Virus record (IMG/VR): IMGVR_UViG_3300023115_000018
Span: 1 to 64,000 of that record
Direction: 5' to 3' (one strand)
DNA from: a virus
Lineage: Duplodnaviria; Caudoviricetes
DNA length: 64,000 nt
Below the pieces are notes generated by a model. The model was not told the DNA's origin. It worked only from the letters and a program-made list of their open reading frames with translations, and ran no database searches. The stretch's first letter is position 1. Every line of letters starts with the position of its first letter. A program made the position numbers and the translations under genes. Of the stretch, positions 7,221 through 16,490 are shown in pieces.

Positions 7221-7805
7221 TTATGGGCCGATGGGATTACGTTCCCATCCTTTTAACAACTGTCTTATATAATCTTTATTTGCAGCATATTCAGAACGAT
7301 ATTTTCTGTAGAACATTGTGATCTGACATTGTGCTGGTTCTTCGTTTGCATACGCATATTCGACAGGCCCTATGGTTATCGGAAATAGATTTTCAAATTT
7401 TACTTTGTGAACCTCTTGTCCTCTCTTATCAATTGTTAAAAACTCTGCCATTGGTGCAACATAATTATTATAATATGAAATTTTGTGTGTATTAAAATCT
7501 ATAACTTGGTGAAACCAATTTTCAAACCAATCTCTTTCATATAAGTTTTCACTTAAATATACACTAAATGTCAATTGATCGTATGTAGTCGTATATGGAG
7601 CCATTCTTATTGGGCCATAAATTTTTGTTTCCGTTGTCGAAATAGATTTCCCTGGCAAAGAAATAGATGGAACACGAAACTTTAAAAAATTGTCTGGATT
7701 TGGTAAATAACCAATATTAGGTGGTGTCAATCTAAGTTCATATCGATTTGCCTGAGTAAGGCCTTGACTTCCTATATTTGCAATAAAATCATCTATTGAC
7801 GCCAT
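7221..7805 (-). CDS. Tail-tube-fold protein, gp54/gp19-like tube initiator
   Basis: ANRYELRL, SISLPGKSIST, YGP.RMAPY..TYDQLTFS, WFENW, LFPITIGPVEY; adjacent to gp26 and gp2. Confidence 0.75.
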   Translation of the reverse strand: MASIDDFIANIGSQGLTQANRYELRLTPPNIGYLPNPDNFLKFRVPSISLPGKSISTTETKIYGPIRMAPYTTTYDQLTFSVYLSENLYERDWFENWFHQVIDFNTHKISYYNNYVAPMAEFLTIDKRGQEVHKVKFENLFPITIGPVEYAYANEEPAQCQITMFYRKYRSEYAANKDYIRQLLKGWERNPIGP

Positions 7806-8381
7806 TTACGATCTCCTAGCAGAATCTGACCAAACTTTAGAAGCTGCGGCCTTTTTGAATTTTTGTACTGGTAAAAACAATGCGATATCCCATTCATTTG
7901 CCTCAATTTTTACAAACTTTGATCTAACATGAGTAAACAAGTATTTTTTGAGACAAGGTTTTATGACATTATATTTAGACAGACCTTTTAGAACATTATA
8001 AGATAATTTGAGTCTTGTAGTTGAATCATATCTTTTGTTTGATGCAATTTCAGATAACGCATTCATTACAACAATTCTATTTCTTGGAGAAACATAGTGT
8101 AAATTGATTCCAACAAATCCCCCAGAAATTCTTTCCACCATAAAAATAAGTGGAAATTCATCATAGTATGGTAATTTTTTTGCATACTTAGGGTCATATT
8201 GGTAACAATACATACTTCCAACATCGGGTGTTGCCGCAGAGCGATTCCCATCTCCCAATAGAGATGCTCTTGTGATTCTTGTTTCTCTTACCTTTTTTCT
8301 AAACCATTCCCTTGCCTTATCGGTGTTTGGTCTAATGTTTCGGGCAGCGAGTCTATTTAATAGTGGTGTAAAGTCTGTCAT
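7806..8381 (-). CDS. gp2: DNA end protector, T4 gp2-like
   Basis: YDPKYAKKLPYYDEFPLIF, GINLHY, KPCLKKYL..HVRS, EWDIALFLPVQKF. Confidence 0.92.
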   Translation of the reverse strand: MTDFTPLLNRLAARNIRPNTDKAREWFRKKVRETRITRASLLGDGNRSAATPDVGSMYCYQYDPKYAKKLPYYDEFPLIFMVERISGGFVGINLHYVSPRNRIVVMNALSEIASNKRYDSTTRLKLSYNVLKGLSKYNVIKPCLKKYLFTHVRSKFVKIEANEWDIALFLPVQKFKKAAASKVWSDSARRS

Positions 8382-8401
8382 TCATTTATGCCGTTTTTTA
8401 C

Positions 8402-8409
8402 TATTTATA
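8402..8409 (-). promoter_or_regulatory. T4-type late promoter
   Basis: TATTTATA on + strand = TATAAATA on minus, ~20 nt upstream of gp2 start. Confidence 0.8.
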
Positions 8410-8414
8410 TCGTT

Positions 8415-8858
8415 TTATTGAGCGAGTTGATCTTCTGTTAAAATTTTAAATTCCCACTTTCTATCTTCGCAAAATTCTTTCGCATATTTCCACTTTGCTT
8501 CGTTGATACTCCAAGTCTTCATTTCACTCAAATATCTTGGTGTAATCTTAGTTCGTTTTCTTGGTGGTTTGGTTTCTTTTTTTGGCTTTACTTCGATAAC
8601 AATGGTTCTTGTTTTATTTTCTTCTTGGATTTTTATTACAAAATCTGGATAATACTTGTGTTGTTTTCTGTCCACTGGTGAAATGTAAGGTATTACTAAT
8701 TCTTCGCTCGACCAGAAAGTGATTGCTTCGTTGTTGTCGCAATACACCATAAACCTTCTTTCCCATGAAGAACGATATACAATGTTATTCACATTTCCTG
8801 CATATTTTTCTGGATTTACTGGTTTGTATTTTCCTCTATAAGTAAATCTTTTTCTCAC
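8415..8858 (-). CDS. gp4: Head completion nuclease, T4 gp4-like (TnsA N-terminal-like fold)
   Basis: YRGKYKPVNPEKYAG, YRSSWERRFM.YCD, WSSEE..IPY, HKYYPDF, EVKP, NEAKWKYA; GTG start. Confidence 0.93.
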   Translation of the reverse strand: MRKRFTYRGKYKPVNPEKYAGNVNNIVYRSSWERRFMVYCDNNEAITFWSSEELVIPYISPVDRKQHKYYPDFVIKIQEENKTRTIVIEVKPKKETKPPRKRTKITPRYLSEMKTWSINEAKWKYAKEFCEDRKWEFKILTEDQLAQ

Positions 8859-8872
8859 TTCATAAAAACCTT

Positions 8873-8880
8873 TATAAATA
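8873..8880 (+). promoter_or_regulatory. T4-type late promoter for baseplate operon
   Basis: Exact TATAAATA ~30 nt upstream of ATG 8910, AGGAG RBS between. Confidence 0.82.
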
Positions 8881-8909
8881 GTACTAAAATATTTAGGAGC
8901 AAGTATTTA

Positions 8910-9755
8910 ATGGCCGCAACAGACTCACCATCCACTTTGACGCAACAGAGACAACAGGTTGCAGCAGGCGGGGAAACTTATATATATCCAATGTCATTGG
9001 ATGAATTTGCTGATCAGATTCCAATGAGAGATTTTGTTAGATTCACTGCATATAAAGGTGAACAGCCTGGATATACAACTATGCAGACAAGAGGAACTGC
9101 AGTCGAACTTGAAAAAATTGGTAGTGTTACTCTTCACCTTCCAGAAAATATTGAAAATTCAACAAAGTCCCAATTTGAAGGCGCAGATAGTGGTGCATTG
9201 GGTATGCTAGGCAAGACTGGTGCAGTCGCAGGCGAAGATAATGGATATCTCGACAAAGTACTCAATCTTGGTGGGGAACTTTCATTATCGGCAACGCAAT
9301 TTGCAGGAGGCCTTGCATTTGGTGGAGATGGTAATTTGCAGTCTCAAGTTATTGGTGGTAGAGTTTCTGGTGCGAATAAACATATGTTATTCAGAGGAAT
9401 TGATTTTAGGGCATTCAATTATCAATATAGTATTCTTCCAAGGTCAGATAAAGAATCTATTGAAATTAATAACATGATAAAATTTTTAAGAAAGAATATG
9501 CTTCCTGAAATGGCAGGATTAAATTTTTTCCAAGTTCCTAATACATTTACTGTTGAATACTACTTGGGTGGTAAACCTGCCGAGTTTCTTCACAAAATCA
9601 AACCATGTGTATTAACTGACTGTACTGTTAAATATGGTGGCAACGGTGCGTTTGCAACTTTCAATGAAACAGATGCTCCTGCAGTTATTGAGCTATCTCT
9701 GACTTTCCAAGAGGTTCAGTTAGTAACATCTTCGGATGCAGCGGAGGGTTACTAA
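8910..9755 (+). CDS. gp48: Baseplate tail-tube cap, T4 gp48-like
   Basis: LFRGIDFRAFNYQYSILPRSDKES..I..MIKF, KIKPCVLT...V.Y, IELSLTFQE. Confidence 0.85.
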   Translation: MAATDSPSTLTQQRQQVAAGGETYIYPMSLDEFADQIPMRDFVRFTAYKGEQPGYTTMQTRGTAVELEKIGSVTLHLPENIENSTKSQFEGADSGALGMLGKTGAVAGEDNGYLDKVLNLGGELSLSATQFAGGLAFGGDGNLQSQVIGGRVSGANKHMLFRGIDFRAFNYQYSILPRSDKESIEINNMIKFLRKNMLPEMAGLNFFQVPNTFTVEYYLGGKPAEFLHKIKPCVLTDCTVKYGGNGAFATFNETDAPAVIELSLTFQEVQLVTSSDAAEGY

Positions 9756-10423
9756 TGTTTAATTATCTAGAGAAAAAGAAATATGATTTAATGCTGGACG
9801 GAAAACCAAAAAAGGTAACTAATATCTTTCAAAATGCATACATTATAGAACAATACAGAGAAAATCCTCTTTCGCATTATGAGTATACCGTAAGAGATGA
9901 AGATACACCAGAAACAATTGCCCATTTATACTATGGTAGTCATACATATGGTTGGGTTATTTTATGGATGAACGATATTGCAAATGTTTATGATGATTGG
10001 CCAATGACAAGTAGAACGTTACAAACTCACATCGAAACTGTTTATGGGGCTCCCGCTTATGCAGGGTCAAATTTTTATCCAAGAATATTTAAAACTGGTG
10101 ATTATATTTATGACACATTAGAACAAAAAGTTTTTGTCAGAAGAAATGACAGATGGGAAATTGTACTCAATGATTATTCTGCAAGCAATTTAAATGGATT
10201 GTCTATTGCAAGGAATATTCCTATTCATTATACTCATGATGTATTGGGACATAAAATATCTCCAGACACATATAATCTCCTCACTCCACAAGACAAGAAA
10301 AAATATACAATCTATAGTGCATATGATTATGAACACGATAAGAATGAAAAAAATAGAGTAATTAAATTACTAAGAGCAAATTTACTGAACGACTTTCTTT
10401 TGAACTTTGAAGAGGTTATTTAA
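9755..10423 (+). CDS. gp53: Baseplate wedge subunit, T4 gp53-like
   Basis: YTVRDEDTPETIAHLYYG...WVILWMNDI...DWP and YDYEHDKNEKNRVIKLL motifs. Confidence 0.88.
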   Translation: MFNYLEKKKYDLMLDGKPKKVTNIFQNAYIIEQYRENPLSHYEYTVRDEDTPETIAHLYYGSHTYGWVILWMNDIANVYDDWPMTSRTLQTHIETVYGAPAYAGSNFYPRIFKTGDYIYDTLEQKVFVRRNDRWEIVLNDYSASNLNGLSIARNIPIHYTHDVLGHKISPDTYNLLTPQDKKKYTIYSAYDYEHDKNEKNRVIKLLRANLLNDFLLNFEEVI

Positions 10424-11703
10424 TGTCAGATACGTTTAAGTTAGGTGATTACAATATTCGTAAATTCACTATTCGTTCACATAACGGATTTGAATTAGAC
10501 CTTAAAAGATATTTTACATCAATTCGCATTTTTGAAGATATACTATCGTCTAGTATTACGGCGACAATTAGTTTTATGGATGTAGAAGATATGTTAACTT
10601 TTATGCCAATTGTTGGGCAAGAAGAAGTTTCTTTAGATTTTGAAGTTCCAGAGTGGAAAAATATTAAGTTGGATTTCCTTGTTCATAAAATATCTGAACT
10701 AACAGATGATGAGGGAACTCAGACTTATAATTTAGAATTGATTTCAAAAGATTTTGCAAAAAATTTTGAAGAAAAAGTGTCGGAATATTTTCAAGGAAGT
10801 TCTACAGATATTGCACAAACCATTTTTTCAAGACTTGGTAGTTCAAAGAGTCTTTCTGTAGAATCAAGTAGTGACCAGTACAGTGGTGATAATGGATTGG
10901 TAATTCCAAATTATACTCCAATGAAAAGTATTTCATTTTTATGTAATAAAGCATTCAGTGAGACATATAAAAGTTCTTCGTATATGTTTTTTGAAACAAC
11001 AAAAGAATATGTTATGAAACCGTTAGAAATGTTAACACAGGCAGAACCAAAGAATAAATTCATCGTTGGTGCATACAAAAGTGCTGGGGCAAAAGAACTT
11101 GATGATATTTCAACAAATGTTGAAAATAAGAAAGTAATTAGTTTTAATTTTGATTCAAACTTCGATGTGCTTGGAAATATTACAAAGGGGTTTTATAATT
11201 CAGAAGTTTATGCTGTGGATTTACTAACACGACAGGTTAATAATTATACACACTCATATTGGGAAAATTATGGAGACTACAAGTACTTGGACAGTAATAC
11301 TTTTCAAGATACTACTGGTCAAGGAATGCAATATAAACCAAAAAACTTATATGTTGTTCCAGAAAGAGACTTGCAGGGTGGGAATCCTACATTTAATCAG
11401 GAAAAACTCTTTCTTCCAAGATTGTTTTATATGCAGTTGATGAAAAACATAAAAGTAACTATTACTGTTTTTGGGGATACTGATGTTTGTGCTGGAGATG
11501 TCTTAGAACTTGAAATGCCAATATATCAAAGAGATAACACAGGAACAAACAAATATTATAGTGGAAAGTATTTAGTGTTTGCAATTAGACATAGAATTGA
11601 GGGTGGAAGATATCAAACTGACATTGAGTTGGTTAGAGATAGTATCGGACTTCCGTTACCAGCGGAACAGCCAACGCCTCCATCGGGTGGGAGTATACAA
11701 TAA
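10423..11703 (+). CDS. Baseplate hub protein, gp27-like
   Basis: IRIFEDI, MPIVGQEEV, YMFFET, GDVLELEMP, YSGKYLVFAIRHRI; lies immediately before gp5. Confidence 0.72.
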   Translation: MSDTFKLGDYNIRKFTIRSHNGFELDLKRYFTSIRIFEDILSSSITATISFMDVEDMLTFMPIVGQEEVSLDFEVPEWKNIKLDFLVHKISELTDDEGTQTYNLELISKDFAKNFEEKVSEYFQGSSTDIAQTIFSRLGSSKSLSVESSSDQYSGDNGLVIPNYTPMKSISFLCNKAFSETYKSSSYMFFETTKEYVMKPLEMLTQAEPKNKFIVGAYKSAGAKELDDISTNVENKKVISFNFDSNFDVLGNITKGFYNSEVYAVDLLTRQVNNYTHSYWENYGDYKYLDSNTFQDTTGQGMQYKPKNLYVVPERDLQGGNPTFNQEKLFLPRLFYMQLMKNIKVTITVFGDTDVCAGDVLELEMPIYQRDNTGTNKYYSGKYLVFAIRHRIEGGRYQTDIELVRDSIGLPLPAEQPTPPSGGSIQ

Positions 11704-14003
11704 TGGATATGAATATGTTTTCGGGTAGAGAAGGAATGGTTTGGTGGCAGGGTGTTATCGAAGACGTAAAAGACCCAGAAGCTCTTGGACGAGTAAAAGT
11801 TAGAATTATTGGATGGCATACTGCAGACAAGGCACTTCTTCCCACAGAAAAACTTCCATGGGCATCTCCAATTATGCCCATAACTAGTTCGTCCACTGGT
11901 GGTATCGGACAATCTCCAACGGGCGCATTGCCTGGTGCATGGGTTATGGGATTTTTTAGAGATGGCGAACAGGGACAAGATCCTATAATTTTTGGAACAG
12001 TTTATGGTCGTCCCACAGAGGGTTCGGAAACAAATGCAGATGGAACATATCCTTCAGATAGTGGATCAGTATTCGGTGGTTCTACTAAAAATGAGTCGGA
12101 TGTTAATAGACTTGCAAGGGGTGTAAGTGATAGTACATCTAATACAAATGGTGGAGATGAAAATACATCTTCTTCTGGAAATGCGACTGAATGTGGGAAA
12201 GAAGTTAACCAAGATGGTGTTTCAAGTGATAAAGAAAATAGAAAAAGACTTAGTAAGATTACTACAAAGTCTGGTAAAAGTGCTTGGGTTGCTACAGTAT
12301 TTAAAGATCAGTTCCAAGGATTTGTGAATGAACTTGAGAGTACAGGATATGTTATTAAAAGTATTGGTGGATATGCATATCGAAAAAATGTAAATAATCC
12401 AAGTAGATTTAGTTACCATGCTAGTGGTGCTGCAATTGATATTAATCCCGCCGAGAATCCTAATGGGAATACACTAATAACAGATATGCCAGACGGCGTA
12501 TCATCTATTGCCAGAAAGTATGGACTAGGTTGGGGAGGTGATTGGAATAGTGTTAAGGATGCAATGCACTTTAGTGCAGCATCTGGAGAAAGAGGATCTA
12601 CTCCCTTAAAACGAAATGGTATTGTTCCTGACCCAGCATCAGGCAGTCAAACCGAAAGTTCTTCTGGTGGCGGTACTGATAAGCCAGGAGAGAGTCAAGA
12701 ATGTGATACCGTAACAACCAGTGAATCGGGCGCAACTTCTAGTAGGTCTGCAGATACAGCAGCGCAACAACAAAGTCAGGCACCATCTGCAAGTGCAACA
12801 CAATGGTCTGCTGGGAAATCTTATAATGAAGGCGATTTGGTAAAATCTCCACCACTGGCAGAAGGAGAAGAGTCTGGTGGGCCTCCATACACAATGCGTT
12901 CTGGAACTTTGGCAGCTGCCGAAGCACTTGGAATTAGTGCGATCGATCTTGCAACTGTGATGTCTTATGAAACTGGTGGTACACTTGACCCTCAAAAAAG
13001 AGGGCCTACTACTAAATGGGGTCAACATAGAGGACTTATTCAATTTGGAGAACCGCAGGCAAACCAATATGGCGTAGACTTCAGTACTCCACAGACAGCA
13101 ATAGACACCCAACTTGGCCCAAGTGGTGCGGTAGTTAAGTATTTGCGAGATAAAGGTGTCAGGCCCGGCATGGGTAGACTAGAAGTTTATTCTGCAATCA
13201 ATGCTGGTGGTATCGGAGAAAAGTATTATAGTCGTTCAGATACCGCAGCTGGCGGGGCGGCAGGGACTGTTAGAGATAAAGTAAACAATCAGATGGAAGG
13301 TCATGAAAGAAACGCCAGACGACTTCTGGCGGGTTCTAATGATAGTACATTTGTTCAACAAAAAACCTTTATTGCGAAAAACTCTGGAACATCTGATACG
13401 GATGGCAACGGCCCAACTTCTGCAAGTTTAAAGGATGGTGATATTCTTTGGGAAGTATATGAAGATCCATTACCAGAGATAGATGATGCAGTGGAAGAAG
13501 GCAGTGTGGTAGATGTGGATCAGTCTCCATCAACGTTCAATGCAAACTCTGGAAACTCTTCATATGGACAGGATACATACAACCCACGTTCTATTGTTGA
13601 AATGAAAAAAGAAAGTACAGAAAGTACAGAATTATTTGATGAACCACCAACACCATATGCCGCAGAGTATCCACATAATAAAGTGTTATCTACTGAATCT
13701 GGGCATCATCAAGAATTTGATGACACGCCGGGGGCAGAAAGAATACATACATATCATAGATCTGGAACATTTGAAGAAATACATCCAGATGGTTCTGTAG
13801 TTACAAAGGTTGTTAAGGATAATTATGAAATTATCTTTGGTAATGATAATATTTACGTCAAGGGAACGATTAATGTTGTTGTAGATGCAGATGTAAATAT
13901 TAGAATAGGTGGTAATGTCGATGCAAAGGTTGGTGGAACAATTGATACTGAATCTGGTGGGAATACCACAATAAAAGCACCAAACATTCATTTAAACCCA
14001 TAA
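11703..14003 (+). CDS. gp5: Baseplate central spike gp5-like, with M15 peptidase and lysozyme-like inserts
   Basis: OB-fold N-terminus (WWQGVIEDVKDPEALGRVKVRIIG, LPWA, VMGFFRDG), YPHNKV..TESGH..EFDDTPGAERIH C-part, ends IHLNP. Confidence 0.93.
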   Translation: MDMNMFSGREGMVWWQGVIEDVKDPEALGRVKVRIIGWHTADKALLPTEKLPWASPIMPITSSSTGGIGQSPTGALPGAWVMGFFRDGEQGQDPIIFGTVYGRPTEGSETNADGTYPSDSGSVFGGSTKNESDVNRLARGVSDSTSNTNGGDENTSSSGNATECGKEVNQDGVSSDKENRKRLSKITTKSGKSAWVATVFKDQFQGFVNELESTGYVIKSIGGYAYRKNVNNPSRFSYHASGAAIDINPAENPNGNTLITDMPDGVSSIARKYGLGWGGDWNSVKDAMHFSAASGERGSTPLKRNGIVPDPASGSQTESSSGGGTDKPGESQECDTVTTSESGATSSRSADTAAQQQSQAPSASATQWSAGKSYNEGDLVKSPPLAEGEESGGPPYTMRSGTLAAAEALGISAIDLATVMSYETGGTLDPQKRGPTTKWGQHRGLIQFGEPQANQYGVDFSTPQTAIDTQLGPSGAVVKYLRDKGVRPGMGRLEVYSAINAGGIGEKYYSRSDTAAGGAAGTVRDKVNNQMEGHERNARRLLAGSNDSTFVQQKTFIAKNSGTSDTDGNGPTSASLKDGDILWEVYEDPLPEIDDAVEEGSVVDVDQSPSTFNANSGNSSYGQDTYNPRSIVEMKKESTESTELFDEPPTPYAAEYPHNKVLSTESGHHQEFDDTPGAERIHTYHRSGTFEEIHPDGSVVTKVVKDNYEIIFGNDNIYVKGTINVVVDADVNIRIGGNVDAKVGGTIDTESGGNTTIKAPNIHLNP

Positions 14004-14012
14004 GAGGAAGTC

Positions 14013-14528
14013 ATGTCAAATTTAAATAGTGCAACAGAAAGACTTGGGATACTACCATCTAAAAGAGATCAATATATTGATTTTGATCTAACGTTTAGGC
14101 GAAATCCAGTCAGTGGAGATGTTTTAATCAAAAAAGATATAAGTTCAATAAATCAAAGTATTAAAAATATTTTATTGACTAATAAACTTGAAAAACCATT
14201 TCAACCAAGGTTTGGTGGAAATGTTTACAATACTTTATTTGATTTAATGACGAATTGGGATTATAGAGGTTCGCCGCATGACATAAATATGCAAGAAGAG
14301 ATAAAACTTGCATTAAAAACCCATGAACCAAGGATAGTAGTTTCTGATGTTAATTTTTTCTCTAGGGAAAGAGTTATGTCATCACTAAAAGGAATAAAAT
14401 CAGAAGACGAAAGAATACGCCAGGCACAGTTAGTAGACAATAATACCTTAGAGATTAGTATAGTATACAACGTTCCTGCATCTGAAGAAGATATATCATT
14501 TCAATTTAGTATAAAAAGAGTACGATAA
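14013..14528 (+). CDS. gp25: Baseplate wedge/sheath initiator, T4 gp25-like
   Basis: YIDFDLTFRRNPVSGD, SIKNILLT..LEKPFQP.FG, HEPRI, ends KRVR. Confidence 0.9.
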   Translation: MSNLNSATERLGILPSKRDQYIDFDLTFRRNPVSGDVLIKKDISSINQSIKNILLTNKLEKPFQPRFGGNVYNTLFDLMTNWDYRGSPHDINMQEEIKLALKTHEPRIVVSDVNFFSRERVMSSLKGIKSEDERIRQAQLVDNNTLEISIVYNVPASEEDISFQFSIKRVR

Positions 14529-16472
14529 ATGGCTAAAAACATAAACATATCAGATTTAAGTTTTGATGGAATAAAAGACAATATCAAAAAATACATGGAG
14601 AACGATAAAGTTTTCAAAGATTATAACTTTGATGGTTCTGCATTGTCTAGCATACTCGACATACTATCATATAATACCTATTATAACTCATATTATATGA
14701 ATATGATTGCAAACGAAAGTTTTTTAGACACAGCAAGAATTCGTGAGAATGTTGTATCCAAGGCAAAGTTGTTGGGTTATACTCCACGTTCTAATAAGTC
14801 TGCGACTGCATTGGTTGCAGTAACATTTAAGATTATTAGAAAGAATAGACAAGAAAGAGATTATCAATATAACACATTAAGAATCGATAGACAACTTGCA
14901 TTTTCTACTTCTATTGACAACGAATCTTTTGTTTTTGTTCCGAAGGTTTCTAGGTCAATTACAAGGTCACGCTCTGCAGCAGAACCAGATGGTTCAAGGG
15001 CTCATTACTATACTATAAACGATTTAGAATTGTTTCAAGGTCAACAAGTGGAAGAAAAGTTTGTTGTTGATATTAACAATCCAAATCAAAAATTTATTTT
15101 ATCTAACGAAAATGTAGATACTGACACTATTCAAGTTCTAGTACAGGCAAGTGCAGACGATGATGTTGTTTCTGAATTTAATTTAGCAACTGATACTACA
15201 CAACTTTCGGATATTTCTAAAACATATTTTCTTCAAGAATCTAAAGATATGAAATATGAAATATTTTTTGGTGATGGTGTTCTTGGGGATGAAGTGGAAA
15301 ATGGAAATATAATTACTGTTCGTTATATTACAACAAAGGGCGCCAATGGAAATGGTATTACTGGAAGACTTACTGCGATTGCATTACCTAAAGGCGTAAT
15401 CGTTGATACTGAAAATGTTCAGATTATTGGTGAGAGTTATGGTGGTGCTGACAGAGAAGATATTGAGTCTATTAAGTTCTTTGCACCAAGGACATTTGAA
15501 AGTCAGAACAGAGCAGTTACCGCTAGAGACTATAAGGCGATTGTTCCACAAATTTATCCAGAGGTAGACACAATGAATGTTTGGGGTGGGGAAGACAACG
15601 ACCCTCCTGCATATGGTTCTGTATTTATGTCTATTAAACCGAATACTGGACTAATTCTTTCCACTCAAGAAAAACAGTATATTTTAAATCAGTTAAAAAG
15701 TAATTATTCGGTTCTTACTCTTTCGCCTCAAATTGTCGACCCTGATTATTTGAAATTGAAGATAACCACAAATGTAAAGTATAATGATGAGGCGACTTTA
15801 TTAGATGAGTCATCTTTGAAAGAATCTGTAAGACAAACTATCATTTCTTATAATAATGAGTTTTTAAACGAATTTAATAGTTATTTTAGATATTCACAGT
15901 TTTTGTCTGCCATTGATAAAACCGATGATTCTGTTACAAATAATATTACAGAAATTTTGATGATTAATGAAAAAACTCCAGTATATAATGGTGTTGCGTC
16001 ATACACATTTAATTTTAATAATGCAATACGTCCTAATAGTTTGTATTCTAATGCATTTACTATTTCTGGTTCAAGTGACCCACATTATATTGAAGATGAT
16101 GGATTGGGCGGATTGAGAATATACACATTAACTCCATTGTTCGCTAGAAAATATAATAATGTTTTGGGTGGAACTATAAACTATGGAACTGGTAAAGTTG
16201 TTTTAAATGATATTCAGATTAGTGGTATCGTTGGTTCAACTGTTTTAGGTTTGGTTGCAGAACCAGAATCTAATGATATATTTCCTGTTCGCAATCAAAT
16301 TATCTTTATTGATTATGACGAACTTGATATTGTAATGATGCCTGATACAGATGAATTTAATGTGAACTACGATATCTCTTCACAGAGAGTGGTTGTCACT
16401 AGATCACTTAGAACAACATATAATACATCACAGGCAAGTATTACAAATGTAATATCTGATACTACAACATAA
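14529..16472 (+). CDS. gp6: Baseplate wedge subunit, T4 gp6-like
   Basis: FKDYNFDGSALS.ILDILSYNTYY, NESFLDTA, LGYTPRS, FGDGVLG, QNRAVTARDY, WGGEDNDPP.YG.V. Confidence 0.95.
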   Translation: MAKNINISDLSFDGIKDNIKKYMENDKVFKDYNFDGSALSSILDILSYNTYYNSYYMNMIANESFLDTARIRENVVSKAKLLGYTPRSNKSATALVAVTFKIIRKNRQERDYQYNTLRIDRQLAFSTSIDNESFVFVPKVSRSITRSRSAAEPDGSRAHYYTINDLELFQGQQVEEKFVVDINNPNQKFILSNENVDTDTIQVLVQASADDDVVSEFNLATDTTQLSDISKTYFLQESKDMKYEIFFGDGVLGDEVENGNIITVRYITTKGANGNGITGRLTAIALPKGVIVDTENVQIIGESYGGADREDIESIKFFAPRTFESQNRAVTARDYKAIVPQIYPEVDTMNVWGGEDNDPPAYGSVFMSIKPNTGLILSTQEKQYILNQLKSNYSVLTLSPQIVDPDYLKLKITTNVKYNDEATLLDESSLKESVRQTIISYNNEFLNEFNSYFRYSQFLSAIDKTDDSVTNNITEILMINEKTPVYNGVASYTFNFNNAIRPNSLYSNAFTISGSSDPHYIEDDGLGGLRIYTLTPLFARKYNNVLGGTINYGTGKVVLNDIQISGIVGSTVLGLVAEPESNDIFPVRNQIIFIDYDELDIVMMPDTDEFNVNYDISSQRVVVTRSLRTTYNTSQASITNVISDTTT

Positions 16473-16490
16473 CAGCAGAAGTTAAATTAA

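Noticed and set aside
8415-8858. TnsA-like nuclease as evidence of a Tn7 transposon or homing endonuclease
   Set aside because: It is the conserved T4 gp4 head completion gene in its normal context next to gp2 and gp48.
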